Part shown: positions 51,900-64,000 of the stretch, one piece after another | Position numbering within the stretch: the first letter of the stretch is position 1 | How the letters are laid out: each line of letters begins with the position of its first letter | Source: Marsupella aquatica | Lineage: Eukaryota; Plantae; Marchantiophyta | Reading direction: 5' to 3' | Length of the DNA: 64,000 nucleotides | NCBI GenBank assembly: GCA_973895155.1 | Contig: OZ316899.1 | Coordinates: forward strand, 9,856,287 to 9,920,286 | Translations under genes and position numbers: made by a program | Notes under the pieces: model-generated | Seen by the model: only the letters and a program-made list of their open reading frames with translations | Database searches by the model: none | What the model was told of the DNA's origin: nothing

Positions 51900-53090
51900 T
51901 TGGATAGGGATTATCCCTGTCTAGACGGCAGATAGGTTCTGTCACTGTCCAAATAGTGGACATAGATGATCCCTGTAAACCGCGAACAGGGATGATCCCT
52001 GTCCAAAATCCGGACAAGGATGATCCTTGTCAAAACAGTGGATAGGGTCTGTCACTGTCCAAACGGCAAACAGGGATCATCCCTGCCTAAGCGGCGGATA
52101 GTGTCTGTCACTGTCCAAAGGGCGGACACAGCTGATCCTTGTCCAAATGGCGGATAGGGTCTATCACTGTCCAAACAATAGACATGGATGATTCAAGGTC
52201 TGGATCACTTAGGATCACTCAGGGGTCCTATCAAGTAAAACTTTTCATATTGGGGTCCCATAAAGCAAATACCTCAAACGGCGGACAGGGATCATCCCCA
52301 TCCAAATGGTGGACAAGGATCATCCCTATCCAAACGATGGACAGGGATCATCCCTATCCAAAATCCGGACATGGATCATCCCCATCCAAACGGTGGACAG
52401 GGATCATCCTTATCCAAAAGCCAAACAGGGTTCATCCCCATCCAAACGGTGGACAGGGATCATCCCTATCCAAAATCCAGACAGGGATCATCCCTATCCA
52501 AAAGCCGGACAGGATCATCCCCATCCAAACGGTGGACAGGGATCATCCCTATCCAAAATCCGGGACAGGGTTCATCCCCATCCAAACGGTGGACAAGGAT
52601 CATCCCTATCCAAAATCCGGGGTAGGGTTCATCCCCATCCAAACGGTGGACAGGGATCATCCCTATCCAAAAGCCGGACAGGATTCATCCCCATCCAAAC
52701 AGTGGACAGGGATCATCCCTATCCAAAATCCGGACAAGGATCATCCCATCCAAACGGTGGACAGGGATCATCCCTATCCAAAAGCCGAACAGGGTTCATC
52801 CCCATCCAAACGGTGGAAATGGTGGACAGGGATCATCCCTATCCAAAAGCCGGACAGGGATCATCCCTATCCAAAAGCCGGACAGGGTTCATCCCCATCC
52901 AAACGGTGGACAGGGATCATCTCTATCCAAACGGTGGACAAACATCATTCTTATCCAAAAGCCGGACATGGATCATCCCCATCCAAACGGTGGACAGGGA
53001 TCATCTCTATCCAAACGGTGGATAGACATCATTCTTATCCAAACAGCACATAGGGATGATCCCTATCCAAATAGCTAACAAGGATGACCC
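51900..53090. repeat. Tandem array of 28-bp units: 21-bp palindrome GGACAGGGAT-C-ATCCCT(A/G)TCC plus a 7-bp linker
   Basis: Homogeneous block at about 52275-53045 with alternating linkers aaacggt and aaaa(g/t)cc. Degenerate units lie at 51900-52190. Confidence 0.92.
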
Positions 53091-53383
53091 TTGTACGGAC
53101 AATTAACCTCTATACACTAATTTAATGTTTGACCAAAGAAAGGTTGGATTGAGATCATCCCAATCGTGAGTTGGGCTGGGATCTTTTCAATTCAATTGAA
53201 TACCCCAACCTTAAGTAACTTAGACATACAATTCCTAAATTTGATACCCATGGAATATTTTGTAATTAAGTTGAAAGTTACTTGTAATGGAAATGATTCT
53301 TGAACACAAAACTCACTTAGTCTATGTTGTCAAACCAAGTAATAAAATACTTTGTTGAAGGGGTAGTTATCAATAAGCTGGGA

Positions 53384-54958
53384 TTTTTCTAACGACTCAG
53401 AATCTTCAGCTTTCAACTCACATGTGAAGATTGTGCAAAGAGCACGGTAATTGTGATCATAAACGTGAGTGCTAAAAGTTATCCAATCCTTGGTCATTCT
53501 CCTCATCACATCAAAACTAACCCACGCGCCTTCTAGTCGACCTCCAGGTTGCATTTGGCGCAACAAATCAACTCCAGATCCGTGCCCTTTTACCGTCATT
53601 TTGAAAATATGCGGTCGCTCCTCCTTACAGCCTTGACCTGGCAGCATGTAACGTTGTAGAAATGGAAAGTTTATGCATTTCTGCATTTCCACAAGAAACT
53701 CTAACTCACCTTTACCTTTTTGGTCTTGCCGAACACTCCAAAAAAGAGATGCAAACTTTTGAGGGGTCGAAACAACCATTAACGACTCCCAAATTTCTCT
53801 TTCCTCCGATTCTCCGATGTCATTGTTGGACACACAGAGAGCCTTCCTTAAAGATCCAGTTATGGCATTCTTCATACCCGATGGTGTGGCAGACGGTGTA
53901 GCTTCATGTTGCTTCTTTATGAACTCATGAGCAATCTTTTCCGCACCTCGAGAAAAAACTTTACGACTGGGATGCGCATGAGTTCCGACATGCACAGCAA
54001 GACGCGACATATGTTTACATGTATCCGCATTGAGAAGTAATTGCGGGTACATATAAAAAAGCATTGCTGAACAAGCTTCAATACAAAAGGGCAATTGTTG
54101 GCAGTAGTGACAAACTACTCCACCCTCCTCAATAATCTTTCCCACGGTATGTGGCCCTGCAAGTTTGGGTGTCCCATCCCAAGCTTTTGAATTTCTTCTT
54201 CTCTTCCGCAGTAGATAATCACATTTCTGATTTCGACATTCGAGTGCACCGGTACACGTCACTTTACCAAATTCCCAAAACTTTTTAGGTTGGACATTCG
54301 CAGAAGTTGGAAATATTCGTGTCCAGAAGTAGCAGTCTTTAGGCCTGTCCATGTCACGGAGCCTCGAACCTTTTGATAGCAGACCTTCTGCGGGAGGCAA
54401 TTCAAACACAACATTTCCATTGTATTTACTTGGTAGACAATTCACCTGCTCATGCCTGAAATCACTTGTTCGGATGAACCGCGACAGTTCACTATGGCCA
54501 GTTGATTTGAGAATGGCATCCATCGCGCTTCAATGGTACACAACACCCCCCGAAACGTTTGGCTCGGAAGGAGAGTGACCTTCTATCTTGATAGAAGGCC
54601 CTGGATTGGCCGATGTCTGCAAATCTACAGCTACCTCCTCCTCTTCACTCTCGGAAAGGTCAATGAATGGAACCAGATGTCTTTCATTCAGAACGGAATG
54701 TTGTCGGAGATTGATAATGTATCTCTTTCCAGCGTTGAGGTGCCAAAATCTGACTCCATCATTGATATCAAACAGTGCGTCATCTGTCTCCTCTCCAGAT
54801 GCATGGTCTGGTTTGATGGAATGGATGTCGTTGATGGCAACGTCAAATCTTCCACAAAGATAGTTCTCACTAACCTGTTTGTACATGTCGGATGAACCTA
54901 AAGGGATGCTTACAATCTCCCCAGTATCAGGACGGAGAAGCACGACTGAATTAGACAT
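53384..54958 (-). pseudogene. MULE-like transposase copy B, N-terminal half
   Basis: KSTGHSELSRF, KYNGNVVFELPP, GHGSGVDLLRQMQPGG and WVSFDVM are shared with copy A. TGA at 54530 where copy A has Arg. Homology stops after EDSESLEK. Confidence 0.85.
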
Positions 54959-55056
54959 TGCGGAAGAATGATATTAATTTGATAAACAAAGGAACTGAGG
55001 AAATAGGAGAACATTACTCGACTTAAGTTAAGTAAACTCATTCCAAACCTCAGAAG

Positions 55057-55196
55057 TGTCATAAACCATAGTTTACTTTAACCCTAGACTAGAGTAGGTT
55101 AACCTTAACCCAATATGTTAACCTCTTAGGACTATATAAGTCCTTGATATAATGGAAGTGTGTGGAAGATTACAATCATCTACTTTGTTTACAACA
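55057..55196 (+). repeat. 5' LTR
   Basis: Identical to 60717-60856. Confidence 0.97.
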
Positions 55197-55711
55197 CGTT
55201 ATTAGCACGACTGGCTCAATGATTTTTTTTGCCTAGGCTGCCCCAACAGACATATTGAGAGATCGTAGTTTTTACATAGAATATTACCAAGAATGTTGCG
55301 TTTTTGGCACCGGAATCCTATGTAACCGCCTAACTACCCCAAAATTGAGTACAATCCCACCTAAAAAGTGATGCTAGTTTACGCAAAAATTGAGCCCGGA
55401 CATCAGATTGCTATGAGGAAGGCATCCATTAGCGATCTCAATCTTCATTGCCGTAAGGACGGATTTGTCTAATTTTTTTTGTTCCATCCAACTTATTTCA
55501 TCAAGGAATCCAATGCAAGATTTGGGAATGGCCGTTATGCCAAATTAGAAACAACAATGCTACGGTGAAATCCCGAAATTGGACTTATAGGTGCTTCGAA
55601 CCAGCACCTATAACTCCCCGAAGCATATATTTACCAATTGGATAGACCCAAGTATTATATATATACACCACCACACCGAGCATTACAATCCCGAGTACAA
55701 GCGCAAGAAAT

Positions 55712-58700
55712 ATGGCAACATTGGAGAAATTGCATTTTCAGGCCCTTTCAGTAGACGGCAGCAACTACCTAACGTGGTCAGTAGATGCAGAAACATATTT
55801 TGCATCACTGGAACTCGAAGATACTTTGATAACTGATAATAATCTGACACTACAACAGAAGGCTAAGGCCGTTTTCTTATTACGCCAACATTTGGCTCCT
55901 CCACTCAAAACCCAATATATGAACGAGGTCAACCCACACCTACTATGGGATAAATTAAAATCAAGATTCGACCATATGCGCGAAGTCTGGCTCCCAGAAG
56001 CCCGCCGTGATTGGTATAACCTGCGAGTGATGGACTACACATCAATAGCCAACTACAACAACGCATTATTTAGAATCACATCCCAATTGGAGTTGTGTGG
56101 CCATCCGGTCCCTGATGCAGATATGATCGACAAAACACTAAGCACATTCCCAGAAGCAAATATAGCCCTCGGTACACAGTACAGAAATATGAGATTTACA
56201 GTCTACTCAGACCTCATTGCACATTTACTGGTAGAAGAGAAGTAGCAGACCGTTGCCCTGCAGAATGCTAGACAACGACCTGCAGGATCAGCCCCACCAC
56301 CACAAAAACCAGAAACAAATTATAATATGAGAAACCAAAGGGGACGAGGCAGATCAAGAGGCAGAGGCGGATATCAAGACAGAAGCAGGAATCAAAATCC
56401 CAGAGGCCGAGGAAATCGTTTTTCATACAACTCACGGGGTCGAGGAGCAAGCGGCCAAGATAGCAGACGAAACACCCCACCTGATAACATCAGAGAAGAT
56501 AGGCTGTGTTACCGGTGTGGTAAAATAGGACACATAAAGAAGAACTGCTGGGCATCAGACCAAGCAGCTAAACGACATACAGAAGCAAGGGCCCAATTAA
56601 AGCAAAATCCAGAAGGCAACTATATGGAGATGGAGGAAGACTTAGCTAACTATCAGGACCCGGAAGAAACACCTACACAACAACCTGAAGAACAGGAGAC
56701 CCATATGGTAACACCAGCATCAATACACACCTCATTAGATGACCCCAACCTTGGGATAATTGACAGCGGAACATCACATACAATTCTTAAAGACAAGAAG
56801 TACTTCCACAGTATCACCCCATCTACACGATCAATGACCACAATTTCGGGTATAAACCAAATAGAAGAAGGTAAGGGAGCCGCAACAGTGACATTCCCAC
56901 AAGGAACAGTTATTGATATTGATGCAGCAATCTTTGCCCCACGAGCTACTCGAAATTTGATAAGCTTTCGGGACGTAGTCGCTAATAAATACCAACTGCG
57001 AACGGCAAAGACAGATGAAGAGGACACACTACAAATTTTGGAGATTACCAATGATGGAACCAATATTAAAGAGACATTACCACTCATACCCCCCGGTCTC
57101 TATGCGACTCAAATTACTGTAAATTATTCTACAACTGAATCATCAGAAATAACACACCTATGGCACTACCGACTGGGACACCCAGGAGTAAATATGTACC
57201 GGAGAATTATCAAAGACTCCAGAGGAATCCCACAAGGAGTCAACCCATCCACAATGAAACAACAATGCTTAGCCTGTTCTCAGGGGAAGATGATTACAAG
57301 ACCACCAATACCGAAGACGATCCATGCTATCCCGAATTTTTTGGAACACCTGAACGCAGATGTATGTGGGCCAATACACCCACCCAGTGGACCGTTTAAG
57401 TACTTCCTGGCCATAATTGACTCATCGACTAAATGGTTACAAGTATCCCTCCTTTCTAGTCAAAACTTAGTCTTTGCACGAATCTTAGCCAATATATTAA
57501 AACTTAAAGCACAGTTCCCAGAAAATCCAATCCGGAAACTGAGAGTGGATGGAGCAGGGGAATTTACCTCCAAAGCATTCGATGATTTCTGCTGGACGGC
57601 GGGAATTGACACAGAATACTCAGTTCCCTACGTCCATTTTAAAAACGGAATTGCCGAATCCGTTATAAAGCGTATCCAAATGATTACCCGACCACTCCTA
57701 CTGAACTCCAAGTTACCCCTCTCCGCATGGGGACATGCAGTCCTCCACGCCACCACATTGCTGAAGTATAGGCCCTCAGCGTTTAATACCAAAACTCCAC
57801 ACCACTTAGCGTTCGGATTACCCCCTGACCTGTCACATCTGCGCGTCTTTGGATGCAAAGTGATGGTCCCCATCCTTGGGCCAAAGCGCACTAAAATAGG
57901 ACCTCAAAGATAGGAAGGAATCTACGTTGGCTACGACTCCTCATCCATAATCCGTTACTTGGAACCGACCACTGCAGACCTATTTAAAGCCAGATACGCA
58001 GACTGTCACTTCTATGAAGATTCATTCCCCCAGTTACTTACAGAAAAACCATTGACGAGGGATACACCTCCACAAAGCATAAATTGGAACAGTCGAAACT
58101 TACTCAACCAGGACCCGCGAACGAAGCGAGCGGATGAGGAAGTCCGCAGACTACTACACCTCCAAGAAATGTTGGACAAGATCCCCGACGCCTTTAATGA
58201 TGCAGCCAACGTTACAAGATCCCATGTAGAGGCAGCAAACGTACCAGCTCGAGTACAACCTGCCACAAAATCAGCAATGGAGACACGGCAAAGAAAAAAA
58301 GAGGTAGGCCACCAGAATCTAGAGACTCCCGACCACGCCAGAGACTCCCTCATCAGGTACTACCTGAAACCACGATGCATGCTATTACTAACAAACCAGA
58401 TAGATCTAACGTACCAGATAATGAAGAAATGGCCATCCCATACCAATACACCGGACAAATCTATAAAAGACCCAACACTGTCGTTGATGCACAATTCGCC
58501 TATCACATAGCTCAGCAAATATCAACTGACACTCCGGACCCACTAACCATTAAAGAAGCACAAGCGAGGTCGGATTGGCCACAGTGGCAAGAGGCCATTA
58601 ACACTGAAATGGATGCATTGATCCGTAGGCATGTCTTTGGCCCGTTAAAACAAGTCCAACCTAACAATGATTACACAGACAGCAGATTCACATTTGTCAG

Positions 58701-60237
58701 AAAGAGAAATGCCAAAGGAGATGTCATTAGATACCGCGCACGCTTAGTAGCGAAAGGCTACACTCAAATCCCGGGAAGGGATTATGATTTGACCGATTCA
58801 CCTGTTATGGATGTGACTACATTCAGGTATCTTATAGCTTTCTCTCAAAAACACCAACTCTGTAATATACTAATGGACGTTGTAACAGCGTACCTATATG
58901 GAGTACTAGACTCCAAAATTTTCATGAAAGCCCCAAAAGAACTACTCGCAAGAGTGACAGAACATGTCCAAGGGAAACATTTCCAGAACTTGAGTAAGGA
59001 CATGAAGTCGGGAATACGACAGATTGTACCAGATGAGAAGCTCAAAGGCCTAGTGTTGAGCAGTGGCAACACAAATAAAGATCCACTCCAGCACCCCAGA
59101 AAAAGTGGGACTGGACAGCAGGCGTTTGCTGTGCAAGTCCTGAAATCCATCAACGGGTTAAAACAAAGTGGACGCATCTGGTACCAGAAGTTTAAAACTG
59201 AGATGCAAACCCTTGGATTTATCAACAACGATATCGCACCGTGCATATTCATCAAACACATCGATACAGAATTCGTCATCCTCGCCCTATACGTCGATGA
59301 TGTCAACTTATTTGGTACTCCAAAACTCTTACGCAAAACTATTAATACAATGAAGAGTATTTTTGAGATGAAAGAAATTGGAGAGCCGACATACTGCTTA
59401 GGACTACAATTTGAATACCTGCAAACTGGCACATTTATTAGTCAATCAACCTATACCAAGAAGATCATTCAACAATTTCATATGCACAATGCATATCCTG
59501 TGTCCACACCCATGGAGATGCGGTCATTGGACACAACTAAGGACATGTTCAGGCGACGACAGGAGAATGAACCAGCCCTTGACTCGGATAAGCCATACCT
59601 ATCAGCCATTGGCGCCCTTCTCTACCTGGCAAACAATACAAGACCGGATATCTCCTTTGCAGTAAGCTTACTGGCACGACACAGTGCACATCCAACTATT
59701 TGGCATTGGAACGGCGTGAAAAGGGTATTCCGCTACCTTCAAGGCTCAATAGATATGGGCCTTTTCTTCCCAAACGACAACCCAGATGAACTCATCGGTT
59801 ATGCAGATGCGGGGTACCTCTCTGACCCACAGGACTCGAAGTCACAGACTGGCTACGTTTTCCTGCAAGGGAGAACTGCCATATCCTGGAGGAGTACGAA
59901 ACAGAGCATGACCACAACCTCCTCGAATCACGCAGAAGTCATCTCTCTCTATGAAGCATGTCGTGAGGCGATATGGCTCCGCAGTATTATCAACTATATC
60001 CTGAAACAAACAGGCAAAACGATATTGACCAAACCAACAATTATTTACGAAGACAATAAAGCATGCGTCGACCAAATTGTTGCAGGCTACATGAAGACAG
60101 ATCGAACCAAACATATTGATCCAAAATTCTTTTTTACGCACGAACAGAGTGGAAACCAGATCCAGGTGAAGTGGATCCGTTCACAAGACAATTGCGCCGA
60201 TCTTTTTACGAAGCCCTTACCTGCGGGACCCCATTGA
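55712..60237 (+). pseudogene. Copia gag-pol with in-frame stops and one frameshift
   Basis: CYRCGKIGHIKKNC, IIDSGT, WHYRLGHPG, LRVDGAGEF, LYVDD, YADAGY and QDNCADLFTK. TAG at 56243 and 57911, a frameshift in the A-run near 58295, and TGA at 60235. Confidence 0.95.
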
Positions 60238-60716
60238 CAGCACGTTACCGCCATCAGAATGTGTCGACTCTCTACCCTGCTTTCCCCCACTGCCGACGCA
60301 CCCCACCAAGCAGATGCTTGAAAAATGAAACAAGGACTTCGGAATTTGGGTTTCGACCTTTCCCCCCAACACCTCCCTGTTTACTATACCCGACCTAAGC
60401 TATACACATATACCTCCGACTTTACACCATTACTTTGATTCAATTAACCGTTCGGGCATAAGACATTATACTTTTAGACATAGTGAACTACTCTTACTCT
60501 AAAGTTACCCTAAATTTTAACATACCTTAGAATTTAACAGGATAATTCATCATATAGAACATACATTTTATGGACCACAAATTCTAATGATGGTAGTACT
60601 CTTCCTTGAGAAGAAAGCAGCAAGTTTTAATGAGGCTACATCAAAAGTGGATCCCATTTTACACTAGGGTTAAAAGTGTGGTTACTTGACACCCCGTCCA
60701 ATTAACCAAGGGGAAG

Positions 60717-60856
60717 TGTCATAAACCATAGTTTACTTTAACCCTAGACTAGAGTAGGTTAACCTTAACCCAATATGTTAACCTCTTAGGACTATATAAG
60801 TCCTTGATATAATGGAAGTGTGTGGAAGATTACAATCATCTACTTTGTTTACAACA
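60717..60856 (+). repeat. 3' LTR
   Basis: Identical to 55057-55196. Confidence 0.97.
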
Positions 60857-61674
60857 AGAAGATTATCGTTTGTAAATGACAAAACGGGTACTAGTCGTTA
60901 GGTGCAGACACATAAATGTAGTTTGTCGTTTTGCCAACGACACTACTTACCGGTAACGTGCAAAAAATGCGATCAGATAATTATTAGCGCCTGACGCTAC
61001 CATAAAGAAGTACTCGGGTTTCAACTTAGAAATCAGACTGAACATGCTAGCGCTACGCGATATCATTGGCGGACTGTCAAGTCAAAGAGAAATATTTTAT
61101 TGATTTTGATGGAATTGCTGAAAAAATCAATAAATGTTTCATATTGTTTTGGAATTCGTACTTCTTGGGAAAATACAAGGGGTATACATAGCTAGCGCCC
61201 GACGCTGACATAATCTCCTCCCTGTCATCGTCATGTATGAGAGTATTTTTAGTGGTTTTTGATACTAGCGCTGGGCGCTAGTATCGATGGGCGCTAGTAT
61301 CGATGGAGATGACTTTGGTTTGCCCAACGGTTACATCTAACAGTAACATGTATGAACGAATTCCTTACTTTGTGTTGTTTTCCGTTGGATTGTTTAACGA
61401 TACACTCCCGTTCATTGCTGCATCCACAAATGACTTGAAAGTAGACGTTAATTTTACTCATTTCAAACAGTCCTTGCCACCTGTCTTTGTTTGGATTGGT
61501 CAGTGAGATTCTTTCAATCCTCCTTGTTCTCCGTCACATGATGTCAACAGCACTATGATGGAAAAGTTTTAAAGGTTTTTTGTTGTTCTTTGTGTACGGT
61601 AATTTGTTCGGAGCGTGAGGGTAGAGACTGGCTATGTGCCGTATAGAGACCTTCACGTATTGACATGCTCCACA

Positions 61675-61848
61675 ATGCAACCTTCAAGTGCCCCAAGCTC
61701 TCCACGAGGGTATACCATAGTTCCAGAGGAAGATCACGGTCATTGCGAGTCTACACAATCTTCGTTCTCTGGGGCATTTTACTCGCGTCGAGTTACAAGG
61801 TCAAGCGGAGCAATCACTTCCATCAACACAACACAAGTGATTATGCCA
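61675..61848 (+). pseudogene. N-terminal fragment of the ParB-like/MTase-like partner gene, copy B
   Basis: SSPRGYTIVPEEDHGHCESTQSSFSGAFYSRRVTRS aligns with copy A SSSRGYSAVPDQERAYSESSQSLFTGSVYTRRVTRS. Confidence 0.8.
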
Positions 61849-61852
61849 ATGG

Positions 61853-63707
61853 CAAGTGATTATGCCATTGGCGCCTGTCTTCACCAAGATGGGCGTCCTG
61901 TGGCCTTTGAGTCATGTAAGTTGGAAAATCACTGGATCACGCCAGAAAGGGAAATGTATGCGGTGATCTATGCGTTGAAAAAGTGGGAGATTTACCTTAA
62001 GAACGGTCCCAAGGTGGTAATCCACACAGATAGCTCGCCGGCGGGGTACTTCAGTTCTAAGCCAAGGCTGAACCCCAAGGAAATGCGCTGGCAGATGTTC
62101 TTGGCGGATTTTGATTTTGAAGTCCGCCACGTTCCAGGGAAGACAAACACGGCAGCAGACGCGTTGTCGCGTAAGGACCAACATCGTGTCAATGGAATCA
62201 CGATGCTCGAATCCGAGTGGCCAAAGGTTCTGGCTGCGGCGTATGGGGATGACAGGTTAGCTAAGGAATGGCAAAGCAATGGGGGTAGCCAAGGCAAAGT
62301 AAGGCACGTATCGTTGGGGCTGGATCAAACGCATAATGTCCAATTATGGCGATACAAGCAGAGGCGTGTGTACATACTAGAGTCTCTAAGGTTAGAGGTT
62401 CTGCAAAAGTACCACGACTCGCCCTGGGGAGGGCATGGAGGACAAGCCGCTACGTATCGCAGCATGTCGCGTGATGTGTATTGGCCGGACATGAAGCAAT
62501 CGGTCCTTCAACACGTGCAAAGTTGTTACTTGTGCCAGAAGAACCGAACGGTGTATAGGGCAAAAGGAGGACTGCTGCAACCCTTACCAGTAGCTGCGGC
62601 TCCATGGGAGTCTATCTCCATGGACTTCATTCTTGGGTTACTTGAGTCCCACGGCAGTAACTCCATCTTAACAATCGTGGATTGTTTTTCCAAGATGGCA
62701 TATTCTTGCCTACTACGAAGATGGTTTCGGCCCGAGAGGTTGCCGGTCTGGTGTTTGACAATGTCTTCCAACAATGGGGATTGCCGTTGCATATCCTGTC
62801 CGATCGCGATACCAAGTTCACGGGCCATTTCTGGAAGGCGTTGTTCCGGTTATCCGGAACGGACCTAACTAGGGGATCAGCGTATCATCATGAGACAGAT
62901 GGCCAAACGGAACGGGTTAATGGTATCGTGGAGGACTATCTGCGTCACTTTGTGATGGCCAATCAAAAGGATTGGGCAAAGCATTTAACAATGGCCGAGT
63001 TTAGGTATAACTCGACCAAGCATTCAACGATGGGGTTTGCGCCATTTGTGTTGGCCACGGGGAGGACGCCAAGGGCGCCCTCCTGGTTTATAAATCCGGA
63101 AGCTTGGCGGACAGAAAGCAAGGTTCCTTCTGCGGACAATTTTATTCAAGAGCGGCGCCTAGTTGTGGAAGCGGCTACCAAGGGTATGACCCTTGCCCAA
63201 AGTCGGTACAAGGAGCAAGGGGATAAACATCAACGCCAGGTAAGCTTTGAAATTGGGGAGCGCGTCTGGTTGCAGTTGAGACCTGAGCAATACCATGGAA
63301 ACATAAGTAGGAAGCTGGCTCCCAGATATGCGGGGCCCTATCGCATCATACGATGGGCCCACAAGGATAATCCGGTTTCGGTGGTGTTGGAGACACCCAA
63401 GGAAATGGGCGTGGGCAAAAGCTACCATGTTAGCCGGCTCAAGAAGTTTGTCAAAGATGATGATCCCAACCGGGATCAGGTCTTGCGTCCGGACGCCATG
63501 CTGGTGGAGGACGCCGAGGAGTTTGAGGTGGAGGCAATTCTGGACCACCGTTACAAACGCAAGTTGGGAAGGCAAATCTTAGAGTATTTGGTGAAGTGGG
63601 CTGGCTATGATCAGGCCGAGAGTACTTGGGAACCGGAGGAAAATTTGGGTAATGCCTCAGAGCTCCTTGGAAGCTATTGTAAGCAAAGCGGCCTACCGCC
63701 GTTGTGA
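61853..63707 (+). mobile_element. Ty3/Gypsy chromovirus fragment (RNase H, integrase, chromodomain), 5'-truncated
   Basis: ASDYAIGA, ADALSR, H...GH...CYLCQ, ISMDFI, SDRD, TDGQTERVN, YAGPY and EFEVEAIL...YLVKWAGY...TWEPEENL. Frameshift near 62700. LTR boundary not identified. Confidence 0.93.
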
Positions 63708-64000
63708 ACTGGTACAGGCAGTTGTAGCTACCTTTGTGAGTTGTATCCTAGTTTCACTCCTCTCGGCCTCTTAAGGATAAAGTCGGATTGCGTTGGTGCT
63801 AGAGGTTGTTGGGCGGCCAATTTGCTTTGTGCGAGTGGAAGTAGATGGTGCCCGCCTTACATCTGTGGGCGGGTTGGTTGGAACCAAAGGGGAGTACCCC
63901 AAGGGGAAGACAATGGGTCCGAAGAGTTTGGAGTTAGTTTACCCATTTGGACTGGCATCCTACTTGGATAAGTGGGATAAGTTGGAATTTCCTAATTCTG

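Larger units (their letters stand above)
55057..60856 (+). mobile_element. Full-length Bianca-like Copia LTR retrotransposon
   Basis: Identical 140-bp LTRs, perfect TSD AGAAG (55052-55056, 60857-60861), PBS-like cgttattagcacg and PPT aaccaaggggaag. Confidence 0.97.
53384..61852. mobile_element. Mutator-like DNA transposon, copy B (both genes truncated; Copia inserted in the intergenic region)
   Basis: Transposase homologous to 2065-3653, palindromes at 60985, 61193 and 61266, and a partner-gene N-terminus at 61675-61848 homologous to 4615-4785. Confidence 0.8.

Noticed and set aside
52139-53053. Long ORFs (304 and 239 aa) and a CRISPR-like look of the palindromic array
   Set aside because: The ORFs are translations of the tandem repeat. 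Linkers are 7 bp and repetitive, not unique spacers, there are no cas genes, and the context is eukaryotic.
63708-64000. Possible Gypsy 3' LTR
   Set aside because: No clear PPT or second LTR copy in the window to define it.
1-64000. Bacterial contamination as the source of the ParB/MTase-like gene
   Set aside because: The gene has phase-compatible spliceosomal introns and is embedded among plant TE families.

Overview
Eukaryotic, transposon-dense plant DNA. A non-seed land plant such as a bryophyte is my inference from the element families; the species cannot be determined. Only one apparently intact host gene is present: a two-RRM, glycine-rich hnRNP A/B-type RNA-binding protein (CDS 20934-21155 + 21296-22600). 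The rest is mostly nested, decayed mobile DNA. This includes three Bianca-like Copia elements (11198-14749, 23883-47258, 55057-60856), a Tork-like Copia (33444-41582), an L1-type LINE with an 18-bp TSD (26150-33237), two Helitrons, PIF/Harbinger remnants, a Sola-like DDD transposase between two palindromic tandem arrays, and a chromodomain Gypsy fragment. The most unusual content is a DNA-transposon family present in two diverged copies (about 1-10170 and 53384-61852). A Mutator-like transposase (WRKY/GCM-type Zn finger, DDE core, C-terminal SWIM) is divergently paired with a spliced gene of about 1230 codons. That gene combines a ParB/Srx-like DGNHR domain with a beta-class amino-DNA-methyltransferase (N6-adenine/N4-cytosine)-like fold. 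A palindrome, (T)AGCGCC-N-GGCGCT(A), recurs about 17 times in the non-coding parts of both copies. All domain calls are by-eye motif recognition, not database results.
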